Positions 50,872 to 59,728 of a stretch of 64,000 bases of DNA are shown piece by piece. The position numbers were made by a program, and so were the translations under genes. The stretch covers positions 592,813 through 656,812 of the forward strand of contig CAWKIK010000003.1 in the NCBI GenBank assembly GCA_963849825.1, written 5' to 3'. The notes below the pieces were generated by a model. It did not search any database, was not told where the DNA came from, and worked only from the letters and a program-made list of their open reading frames with translations. The DNA is from an uncultured Gammaproteobacteria bacterium. Its GTDB lineage: Bacteria; Pseudomonadota; Gammaproteobacteria; JASBUN01. The first letter of the stretch is position 1. Each line of letters opens with the position of its first letter.

Positions 50872-51830
50872 TCATGAAGTACGCATTCACTCGTAGCGCA
50901 GTCGCCTCGTTGGCGCTCCTGGCAGGATCCGTGGCAGTGCCGCTCGCCGATGCGGCTACACCCGCGGCCTACGTTACGCTCCAGGAAGACCATGCAGTGA
51001 CACCGCTGGGCTCGAATACCAAATGGCCCGCCGGCAAAGGCATGACCTATATCACCGTGGATCCGGACAACAAGATCGTGCTCGCCACCAGCAGCGGCGA
51101 AAACCAGATCTACGCATACGATGCCGCCAGCGGCGAGCTGCGCAAAAAGATTCCGGTGGGCAAGTCCCCGAAGGGCATCAAGATCGACCACAAGGGGCGC
51201 TATGCAGTGGCCGCCAATGAGAAATCCAACTCCATCAGCGTCATCGACCTGCAGAAGCTGGCGGTGATCAAGGAGGTCGAAGTCGGCCCCACGCCCCACA
51301 ACAGCGTCTTCTCGCCCGACAACAAACATCTCTATGTGGACTTACAGGGCGGCACCAGCGTCGCGGTGGTGGACGTGGGCAAATGGGAGAAGACCGGTGA
51401 ACTGCCGGCCGGCGAATCCCCCCACAACGTCGACATCTCCCCTGACGGCAAAACCCTGTATGTGGCCAACATCGGCAGCCAGGACCTGAGCATCGTGGAC
51501 ATCGGCGCCAAGAAAGTGGTCAAGACCATCCCATTGAGCCTGCCCCACTACGGTGTCGACGTCACCCCGGACGGCAAATACGTACTGGTCACCGGCATCG
51601 CCGGCTCGGTGCTCAACGTCATCGACACCAAGAAAATGGAACGCATCAAGCAGATCGAAGTCGGCACCGGCCCCCACGGGGTGCGCGCCGACCCCGACAG
51701 CCGCTATGCCTACGTTGCAGTCACGACCAAGAACCAGCTCGTCAAAGTCGACCTGAAAACCCTGAAAGTCGTCGACCACATCGACATCGGCCAATTTCCG
51801 TTCTGGGTCGCGATGCTGGGCAATACCTGA
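50868..51830 (+). CDS. secreted YVTN-family beta-propeller repeat protein
   Basis: Signal peptide. About 7 repeats of ...P.GV..SPDGK.LYVAN....VSVID. Confidence 0.7.
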   Translation: MIMKYAFTRSAVASLALLAGSVAVPLADAATPAAYVTLQEDHAVTPLGSNTKWPAGKGMTYITVDPDNKIVLATSSGENQIYAYDAASGELRKKIPVGKSPKGIKIDHKGRYAVAANEKSNSISVIDLQKLAVIKEVEVGPTPHNSVFSPDNKHLYVDLQGGTSVAVVDVGKWEKTGELPAGESPHNVDISPDGKTLYVANIGSQDLSIVDIGAKKVVKTIPLSLPHYGVDVTPDGKYVLVTGIAGSVLNVIDTKKMERIKQIEVGTGPHGVRADPDSRYAYVAVTTKNQLVKVDLKTLKVVDHIDIGQFPFWVAMLGNT

Positions 51831-52139
51831 ACTGTGACCAGGCGCGCGGTCGGTGTGCGCAACGCAGTCGTTCCAGCGTGGGTCATCGGTCGCTGCGGCC
51901 GGGCGGGAATTTCCTGCCCTGCGCTATTCGTCTTCGTGCCGGACCCGGCGGCAAAGGCCGCCCTATGATTGAACTGCAGAGCGCACCTCGTCCGAACCGG
52001 CGGGCCCGTTTATGGCTTCATCGAAGGGCTTATCCGCGGCGTCGACCAGCCGCTCGGCACCATGAGCACTCGGAGCTGGGCGATCTGGACCACGTCTACG
52101 CGTGCGGCCAGGGCTGCACCATGGTGCGGCTGTCGAACC

Positions 52140-52523
52140 TCATCCAGCGCCGCCATAGGGACGGGTGATAATCTCCAGGAGATGACCGCTCGGATCCTCG
52201 AAATACACGCCGCGACCACCGTCGCTGTGATTGATCTTGCCTGGCTGACGCTGACCCGGATCGGCCCAGTAGTCGATCTTGCGCGCGCGGATGCGGGCGA
52301 AGATCTGATCGAACTCGGCTTCCGTGATCAAGAACGCATAGTGCTGTGATGCGATCTCGCCGTCCGTTTGGTAGAAATCGAGGCTCACCCCATTGTCCGT
52401 CCCCACGACCAGGAATGGACCGAAGCGGGTCGGTTCAGGAAGGCCCAGCACCTCCGAGAAAAACCGCGCGGACGTCTCCGGATCACGGGAGCGCACGATT
52501 GTGTGATTGAGGTGCACCGACAT
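52140..52523 (-). CDS. VOC (glyoxalase/bleomycin-resistance/dioxygenase) family protein
   Basis: 127-aa paired beta-alpha-beta-beta-beta modules (HLNHTIV...SARFFSEVLGL). Confidence 0.7.
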   Translation of the reverse strand: MSVHLNHTIVRSRDPETSARFFSEVLGLPEPTRFGPFLVVGTDNGVSLDFYQTDGEIASQHYAFLITEAEFDQIFARIRARKIDYWADPGQRQPGKINHSDGGRGVYFEDPSGHLLEIITRPYGGAG

Positions 52524-52805
52524 GGCGCTGTCTCCGGCTGAGTCGTCCTCCAGTGTAGGCGGCGGTTCCGATCGTGTGCGCCGCAGTGCGCAAAGAGCAC
52601 TTCACCCTCTTCTCAGGGAACTCCAGCGGCGGCAACAGCGCCTGAGGCAGTGCTATCAACGCCTGGATGTCCTCAACAGCGGTTTTTTTTGAGCAGTTCG
52701 TTATCGATCTGCCCATATTCGCGCGCGAGGATATCGCCCAGTCCGGTGCGAACCGCGCAGCTATACTTCGGACCGGAGCCGAGGGCGAGCGCCGGGAAGG
52801 GGGCT

Positions 52806-53826
52806 ATGGATCATCCAGGGATTACGCGTCGGCAGTTCACGGCCTTTCTCGCCGCCGGGCTGTTACTCGGCCAGTCCGGGAACGGCAGGGCAGGCGAACC
52901 GCGCGTGCGCGGCCCGCGGCGCCGAGTGGGTCATTCTGCCGGAATATTTCACCTCGGCCGCGGCCTTTCATCCCCGCCTGCTGGACGCTATCCAACCGCC
53001 GGACGGCGCCGCGCTGCACCTGCTGCAGGACCTGGCGCGCCAGGGCAACGCCGTGGTCGGCGGCTCGTTCATGGCCCAACGCAACGGTCGCGTCTACGAC
53101 AGCTTCATACTCGCCCAGTCCGATGGCACCACGGCGCGCCACGACAAGGACGCGCCGACGTATTGGGAGAACTGCTACTGCCAAGGCGCCGAACCGGGAG
53201 ATGACGGCGTGCCGGCCTCACCCATCGGCCCGGTCGGATCGGCCCTGTGCTGGGAGCTGATCCGTACACGCACGGCCGCACGCCTGCGGGGCCGGGTTCA
53301 CCTGGTGGTCGGCGGCTCCTGTTGGTGGACCCTGCCGGACGATACCGCCGCCGACAGCCCGCTGCGCAGCGTCAACCTGAAGATGCTGCAGCAGACGCCG
53401 GTGCGTTTCGCACGGCTGCTGGGCGTGCCGATAATCCACGGCTCCCATGCCGGGCGCTTCGCCGGGTTCTTCAGTCCCGATCTACCCGATGTACCCTACG
53501 ACTCGAGCTATCTCGGCGAAGCCATGATCGTGGACGCCGCCGGTCAGGTGCTGGGCCGGCGGGGGCTCGAGGAGGGAGCCGGTGTCGTGATGGCCGACGT
53601 ACTCGTTCCCGAAACACCCCACCCCCTCGACCCACTCCCAGCTCGCTTTTGGATTCCGGAAGAAATGCCCCCGCCGTGGAAAGACGCCTGGGCGCGCTGG
53701 TTCGAGCCCGGCGGTCGCTATTACGAGACCGTGACCCTGCCGTATTTGGAGACCGGGGAGCTCAACGAGTATGTGCCGGCGTGGATGAGCGGGGACTCCT
53801 CTGCAGGAGCAACTTTTGCGAGTTGA
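52806..53826 (+). pseudogene. carbon-nitrogen hydrolase (nitrilase superfamily) gene, N-terminus apparently frameshifted
   Basis: E-K-C triad elements (VILPEYF, RHDKDAP, LCWELIR) lie in frame 1. That frame has no ATG/GTG/TTG between the stop at 52690 and the PE motif. An ATG with a Tat-like RRQFTAFLAAGLL lies in frame 0 at 52806. Confidence 0.4.
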
Positions 53827-53922
53827 TTGCAGAGGCGATCACTGCGGAAGCGCGCATCGTGTTGCCTTAGGTGCCTTGAGAACGTGCCATGTTCCCATCG
53901 GCGCGCGATGCCCCCAGACTTC

Positions 53923-54246
53923 TCAATCGCGAAGACGCTGAAGCGCATTCACAAGTTCTGGCACATCATCCCGGATAATGCGCCCAATCGTCTCATTGTC
54001 GATGCCCAGGTAGGCATGTATCAGTCGATTGCGCGTTGCGATAATCATTCGCCAGGGAATCTCGTGGTACGACACGCGAACAGCTTCGGGGATATGGGTC
54101 GCGGCCTCGCCGATCAATTCCAGGTTCCGCAGTGTCGCGTCATAATTGAGCGGCGTGGACGCGAAGCGTCCTGACTCCGGGCGCCCCAACTCGTCCTCCA
54201 GAAGAAAACTGGACCCCGAAATAGCGCTTGGAAGTTGCGGGGCCAT
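53923..54246 (-). CDS. hepT: HepT-like (DUF86) toxin of a HepT/MntA toxin-antitoxin module
   Basis: RNLELIGEA...RNRLIHAY (Rx4HxY) motif. Candidate ATG at 54246. Confidence 0.55.
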   Translation of the reverse strand: MAPQLPSAISGSSFLLEDELGRPESGRFASTPLNYDATLRNLELIGEAATHIPEAVRVSYHEIPWRMIIATRNRLIHAYLGIDNETIGRIIRDDVPELVNALQRLRD

Positions 54247-54370
54247 CGAAATCGACCACGATGTCCAAATCGCTGTTGGGACCAGCCTCGTCACGGGCGG
54301 TGGACCCGAACAGCGCCAGCCCGATCACGCCGTACCGCTCGGCGAGTTCTGGCTTGAGACGGGACAACAC
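54140..54370 (-). CDS. mntA: MntA-like nucleotidyltransferase antitoxin (C-terminally short)
   Basis: [20 protein letters not shown] motif. GTG start. Overlaps hepT by ~105 nt in another frame. Confidence 0.55.
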   Translation of the reverse strand: MLSRLKPELAERYGVIGLALFGSTARDEAGPNSDLDIVVDFDGPATSKRYFGVQFSSGGRVGAPGVRTLRVHAAQL

Positions 54371-54691
54371 GCGCAGCGCTTCATCACGAGTGACGATCGA
54401 CCGCCCTTACTGCCTGGCTTCGAAATGGTCGGGACTGAAACAGCGGCAACCGCGCCCCCCTCGCTCACCAACCGCCCCTGCTCAACCAGCTGCGCCAACC
54501 GGCGCTGCAGGGTGCGTCTCGGCATGCCGATTCCGGGCGCTCGCGATCTGCTCCACGGACGCACCAGCGGGAAAACCGCCAACACTTCGGGAGATCGCAT
54601 CGAGTTCGGATTGAGAAATCGTTCGGGGCATTGGTATCAGACAACGGTGTAATAGCAGAGGAAGACCCGCGCGCCCGGTTCCATATCCGAG

Positions 54692-55636
54692 TCACTCCGG
54701 TCCTTGGCGTTCACGCCCGCGCGCGAGCGCCGCTCGGTCGGCCACCGAGTCCTCGGCGGCACCGCTCCGTAGCCACGCCTTGACCGGGTGTATCACCAGC
54801 AACAATACAGCGCCGATGGCGAGGCCGGCCACCAGGTCGGCGGCCAACGTGGGTAAGGCTTCCAGCGCGTGATGCACCCAGGCAATGTTGTGGACATACA
54901 TACCACCCCCCACCAACAGCATCGCCACCGTGCCGATAATACCCAGCAACCGGACCGCATGGGGCAGTCCATTGACCAGCATGCGTCCCGCAACCCGCGT
55001 CGTGCGCCTTGCGGCTCCCGTCAGGCTGGCTGCGCGGTCGATCAAGTACAAACCCGCATCGTCCATGCGCACCAGCAGGGCCACAAGCCCATACACGCCA
55101 ATGGTCGCCGCCAGGGCAATCAGGGACACCACCAGGATTTGAATGGTCAGTGACTGCTCCATCACGGTTTCCAGCGCGATCACCACGATTTCGATGGATA
55201 GGATGAAATCGGTGCGTACCGCCGCCTTGATCTTGGCCTTCTCGCGCTGAACGATTGCCTTGGGCTCGCCCGTCTGCTCCGCCGCGATGGGCTGCTTCCT
55301 GTGGCCCGCAAACCACTCGTAGACCTTTTCGGCGCCTTCGTAACTGAGGTACGCGCCGCCCAAGAGCAGAATGGGCACGATCAACCATGGCAGATAGGCA
55401 CTGAGCAGAAATGCCAGGGGCAGAATGATCAACTTGTTGAGAAGCGACCCGCGGGTAATGGCCCAGATCACCGGCAGCTCACGGGAGGCCGTGAAGCCCG
55501 TGGCGTTCTCCGCGTTCACCGCCAAGTCGTCGCCGAGCAACCCGGCTGTCTTCTTGGCCGCCACTTTGCTCATGACCGCCGTGTCGTCCAGCAGTGCCGC
55601 TACGTCGTCCAGGATTGCAAAGATGCCGCTAGCCAT
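54692..55636 (-). CDS. DUF808 (YedI-like) inner-membrane protein
   Basis: Start at MASGIFAILDDVAALLDD, the YedI-type N-terminus. Confidence 0.7.
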   Translation of the reverse strand: MASGIFAILDDVAALLDDTAVMSKVAAKKTAGLLGDDLAVNAENATGFTASRELPVIWAITRGSLLNKLIILPLAFLLSAYLPWLIVPILLLGGAYLSYEGAEKVYEWFAGHRKQPIAAEQTGEPKAIVQREKAKIKAAVRTDFILSIEIVVIALETVMEQSLTIQILVVSLIALAATIGVYGLVALLVRMDDAGLYLIDRAASLTGAARRTTRVAGRMLVNGLPHAVRLLGIIGTVAMLLVGGGMYVHNIAWVHHALEALPTLAADLVAGLAIGAVLLLVIHPVKAWLRSGAAEDSVADRAALARGRERQGPE

Positions 55637-55839
55637 GGGAGACACTTCGTCGAGGTCGTAGTCGATGTGCCCCAATGTAGCAGCTCACCGCGTCGCATCC
55701 CGGGCGGTGGGCGCGAATGCCGGCGCATTCCCACCGGCGAACCGCGGATGCGTGGGTCCGCGACCGGTTCGTAGCAGAGACTAGCATTAGCCCCCGCGTG
55801 TCAGCGGCTCGACCCGCACCCCGCCTCAGGCACACCCCC

Positions 55840-56530
55840 AACCAAGTGTTGGGTCCGGCCCGCCGGGCCCTGACCCAACCCACCGAGCCGTCCCGTAGGA
55901 TGGGTCAAGCGCCCAACGGGCGCGGACCCATCGAAAACCCGCCGCCAGCAGCAGTCCCATCCGGCGACACCGTAGGCCGGATTAAGCCCGCAGGGCGAAT
56001 CCGGCAAACGCATGCAGCCTCTCCAAACCCCGCCCGATTCGCTGCGCTTAATCGGGCCTACGGGTGCCAAGCACATCCCGAGCCCCGTAGCATGGGTCAA
56101 GCGCCCAACGGGCGCGGACCTATCGAAAACCCGCCGCCAGCAGCAGTCCCATCCGGCAACACCGTAGGCCGGATTAAGCCCGCAGGGCGAATCCGGCAAA
56201 CGCATGCAGCCTCTCCGAACCCCGCCCGATTCGCTGCGCTCAATCGGGCCTACGGGTACCAAGCACATCCCGAGCCCCGTAGCATGGGTCAAGCGCCCAA
56301 CCGGCGCGGACCCATCGAAAACCCTCCGCTAGCAGCAGTGCCATCCGGCGACACCGTAGGCCGGATTAAGCCCGCAGGGCGAATCCGGCAAACGCATGCA
56401 GCCTGTCCGAATCCCGCCCGATTCGCTGCGCTCAATCGGGCCTATGGGTGCCAAGCACATCCCGAGCCCCGTAGGATGGGTCAAGCGCCCCAACGGCGCG
56501 GACCCAACGGAAACCCGCTGCGACATCCGT
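55840..56530. repeat. tandem array: ~192-bp unit x ~3.5, each unit holding three distinct palindromes (GATGGGTC...GACCCATC; GCCGGATT...AATCCGGC; CCCGATT...AATCGGG)
   Basis: The TGGGTCAAGCGCCC anchor recurs at 55901, 56093, 56286 and 56476. Confidence 0.85.
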
Positions 56531-56779
56531 ATTGTTTTCGTGGCACACGGCATCCGATTTCTGACCGATCAGGATCTGAAAGACATGCCGTTCGAAGCCG
56601 ACGCCGCACTATGCGAACGCCGCGAGAACCTCCGCGGCCGCCTTGCCGGCCTTGCCAACGTCTGCATAACAATACCCAATATGGGCACTAGCAAGCCCGG
56701 GGTTGCGAGCGCCTGCGCGTTGCTCTGGGGGCCTCGACCCCGTTCGGAGATGACGATCAGGACCGAGCCTAGGATGCGT

Positions 56780-56809
56780 GTCGGGTTACGCTGCGCTAAC
56801 CCGACCTAC
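56780..56809. repeat. REP element
   Basis: GTCGGGTTACGCTGCGCTAACCCGACCTAC. Confidence 0.7.
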
Positions 56810-56906
56810 GCTCACTACAACCCGTTTTGGTTCTGCTCAGGCAGAATAATTCGCGACCTGGCGTAGCCTCGATTAAGCGAAGCGAATCGGGCGAGGAATG
56901 CGGACT

Positions 56907-57440
56907 TTAATTCGGCACGGGTCTCGGCGGTGCCCCGGCGCGAAAATCCTTACAACCGTCTTCGAAATTCTTTTTGATTTCCTGCTTCAGGCTTTCCTGT
57001 AGGGAGGGCTGCAACGCGGTCAGCACGTCGCGCAATGAACCGCCGAAATTACTCAGGGCGACCGATACGGCGCTGACTTTGCAATCGGCGAGGCTGGCGG
57101 CTGCAGACGCTTTCAAATCCGCCGAGGCGTCGCCCACCATCGCAGAACCGGGCCCGGTTTCGCAGGCCAGCGATCCGGATAAATCCACTTTGACGTTGTT
57201 ACCGTCCAGCGCGAGGTTGGCGTGGCTCACTTTGACACGTTTGAGTTTGTCGATGCCGATGCGCGTACCCATGAGATCGGCCTTGAGGTTTCTGCATGGG
57301 TTCTGCTGGGCGATCAAATCTTCGACCATCGTGCCCGCGTGCGCGGTGGGCAGCGTAATAACGGAACCGATACTCAGGTACAGCGCCATAACCGCCATCA
57401 ACGGATTGTGCATAAACAACTTCCTATGGTGATTGATCAT
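56907..57440 (-). CDS. hypothetical secreted protein
   Basis: Signal peptide. No family recognised. Confidence 0.4.
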   Translation of the reverse strand: MINHHRKLFMHNPLMAVMALYLSIGSVITLPTAHAGTMVEDLIAQQNPCRNLKADLMGTRIGIDKLKRVKVSHANLALDGNNVKVDLSGSLACETGPGSAMVGDASADLKASAAASLADCKVSAVSVALSNFGGSLRDVLTALQPSLQESLKQEIKKNFEDGCKDFRAGAPPRPVPN

Positions 57441-57836
57441 TCCGGAGAGTGTAGAAACAGTTGATGCAGTAACGATGCAGGGCCCGCTACCGCGCAGCTT
57501 AATCTGACCTGCGCATCGCAGTCATACGCGAACCGGACGACGATTCGGCGGGCAGCTCCAGGCCGCCGGCTGCGCCGCTTAATCCGGCATGCGGGAATGC
57601 AATGGAGACGGAATCCAGCTCAGCCACGCGGCAGGAAAGCCGTTCGCAGGCAGGGTGATGCAGCGACAAGCCACCAGCCGGCCGGCGGAAACACCGTCAA
57701 TTTTCTTTACAACCGGCAGCCGCGCTCGGCGCCACGATTCGGACAACCCGTTGTATTCGTGCGGGAAATGAGAAATGGCTCGGTTTCTGCTTACGGACGA
57801 GCCAGATAATGCTATCCGCTCGGCAATGGGAACCCA

Positions 57837-58502
57837 ATGATGAATAACAATCAACGCATTCTGGCGCTGTTCGCCAGCATCGCAATGTGGCTGGTATCTG
57901 CACCGGCGAACGCGGTGGTGATGTTCTCCGACAATTTCGACGCCGACGTTACCGGCCTGAACGCCCCGGGCGGGCTGATCAACTGGACCATCGACAACGG
58001 CACTGTGGATGTCATCCACTCTGGTTCGTACAGCATTGATTGCGTCGGCGGCACCGGCAAGTGCATCGACATGGACGGCAGCACCGGTAACGGCGGGCGC
58101 ATCATCTCCAAGCAGACCTTCACGCTGCTGCCCGGCCAGACCTGGAGCTTGAATGGGCTCATTTCGGGCAATCAGCGGGGGACCGTGACGGGAGACACCT
58201 GGATCGCGGGGTTCGTGGATGCGGCCACCCTGGCTTTCGTCGCTTCGGCCAGCGGTACGGTCGCCAGTTCCGACCCCTACACGAGCCACGGATTGACACT
58301 GAGCTTTGGCAGCCCGACGACACTGCGCGCGTTCTTCGAGGACCCGGGCATCGACAACATCGGGTTTATCCTGGACGATGTGACGCTGGAGTGCCGGGGC
58401 ACTGCCTGCGCCGCCGCCAGCGTCCCGGAACCGGGCATGCTCGCACTGCTCGGCGGCGGCCTGATGGGGTTGGCACTGAATCGTCGCCGACGCCGGCGCT
58501 GA
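57837..58502 (+). CDS. PEP-CTERM sorting-domain protein (putative exosortase substrate)
   Basis: Signal peptide. C-terminal VPEPGMLALLGGGLMGLAL followed by RRRRRR. Confidence 0.8.
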   Translation: MMNNNQRILALFASIAMWLVSAPANAVVMFSDNFDADVTGLNAPGGLINWTIDNGTVDVIHSGSYSIDCVGGTGKCIDMDGSTGNGGRIISKQTFTLLPGQTWSLNGLISGNQRGTVTGDTWIAGFVDAATLAFVASASGTVASSDPYTSHGLTLSFGSPTTLRAFFEDPGIDNIGFILDDVTLECRGTACAAASVPEPGMLALLGGGLMGLALNRRRRRR

Positions 58503-58693
58503 ACCACTGCGGTCGACCCTCACGAACCCCGCTCCGGCGGGGTTCGTCGTTTCTGGAGCTTACAGCACCGAGAACGGCACCATCGCGTAGCCGGCCGCGG
58601 TACGCGCGTTCGGCGGGACCCGCACGGTGCTGCGCCATCGCCGGGTGAGCACTTCGAACGTCGGGCAGTATCCGTAGGTCGAGTTAGCGCAGC

Positions 58694-58723
58694 GTAACCC
58701 GACGTGCCGATGTCCGCGAACAA
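58694..58723. repeat. REP element abutting the 3' end of the RAYT gene
   Basis: GTAGGTCGAGTTAGCGCAGCGTAACCCGAC. Confidence 0.7.
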
Positions 58724-58727
58724 CCGC

Positions 58728-59264
58728 TCATTCCCCCGCAACGCCCGGATCATCCGCCACCCGACCGGCCCAATCCGCCTCGACCAGGCCCGCTTCCACA
58801 TATCGGTGAAAGCTCGAATAGGGCCATTCCACCGCAGCACGCACGTACCCGTGTTTGACCGGGTTGTGGTGAACATATTCGACGTGGCGGGCGAGGTCGT
58901 GGTCGTCGCGCAACGTATGTTCCCAATACCGATGTTGCCACACCGCTTGTTCGCCGCGTGCGGCCTGGGCATGGGTGGGCTGACGTCGCAATGAAGGGTC
59001 ACAATGGCGCGTGAACCAAGTTTTGATCAATCGCCAGCGGGTCGCGTAATCGGCGTCGCCAAACGGCATGGTCCATACGCAATGCAAATGGTCGGGCAGC
59101 ACGACGATTGCGTCCATCGAGAATGGGTATTTCGCGCGCACCGCTCGGAACGCATTGCGCAGGACGTCGATTGAGTTTAACCGGGTTAAGACCGGGGTTC
59201 GCTTCGCGGTCACCACGGTGAAAAAGAATCGTCCGCCCGGTACGAAATTGCGGCGGTATTGCAT
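58728..59264 (-). CDS. REP-associated tyrosine transposase (RAYT, IS200/IS605-like HUH transposase)
   Basis: HUH motif LPDHLHCVW and catalytic Tyr region YVHHNPVKHGYV. REP elements flank both sides. Confidence 0.85.
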   Translation of the reverse strand: MQYRRNFVPGGRFFFTVVTAKRTPVLTRLNSIDVLRNAFRAVRAKYPFSMDAIVVLPDHLHCVWTMPFGDADYATRWRLIKTWFTRHCDPSLRRQPTHAQAARGEQAVWQHRYWEHTLRDDHDLARHVEYVHHNPVKHGYVRAAVEWPYSSFHRYVEAGLVEADWAGRVADDPGVAGE

Positions 59265-59293
59265 GCGACATCCCTGTCGTTTTGGATTGTGGT

Positions 59294-59528
59294 TGTCGGG
59301 TTACGCTGCGCTAACCCGACCTACGTTTACATCATTGCATTTTTTTGCGCATATTGTCGGGTTACGCTGCGCTAACCCGACCTACGACGATCAATGCGGC
59401 CTTCGTCATTGCGTTTGTTGGCGCTGTTGTCGGGTTACGCTGCGCTAACCCGACCTACGGTCGGTGGTCATCGTGGCTGCGGTGCTGGATTCGGGAACGT
59501 CGGGTTACGCTTCGCTAACCCGACCTAC
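59294..59528. repeat. array of 4 same-orientation REP elements at 61-73-bp spacing (BIME-like) upstream of the RAYT gene
   Basis: GTCGGGTTACGCT[G/T]CGCTAACCCGACCTAC at 59294, 59355, 59428 and 59500. Confidence 0.8.
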
Positions 59529-59728
59529 CCCGACCTACGACGATCAACTCGCCTTACGTGTTGGCGACGCTGCGCTGCAATAACAGGGTCGATTGCTTTT
59601 CCCCGCTCTCCGGCTAAGCTTGCGAAGCCCGCTTGAACTGGCGATGCGCGAAGCGGGATCGCGCTTGTCAGGTTTCCAATCGGGAGGCGGGATGATTTCT
59701 CTGTAGCTCGTTGCATGATGAGGTATGG

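Noticed and set aside
55717-56691. Track ORF of 324 aa (+) and the overlapping 163-aa minus ORF
   Set aside because: The internally triplicated protein sequence mirrors the 192-bp DNA repeat. No start or ribosome-binding-site support.
56540-56700. Possible gene fragment (...VFVAHGIRFLTDQDLKDMPFEADAALCERRENLRG...) downstream of the 192-bp array
   Set aside because: Its only in-frame start lies inside the repeat array. It is unrecognisable and too short to call.
59294-59528. CRISPR-like pattern: a 30-bp direct repeat x4 with unique 29-43-bp spacers
   Set aside because: The repeat is the genome's dispersed REP palindrome. It lies next to a RAYT gene. Spacing is irregular and there are no cas genes. 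This is a BIME/REP array, not CRISPR.
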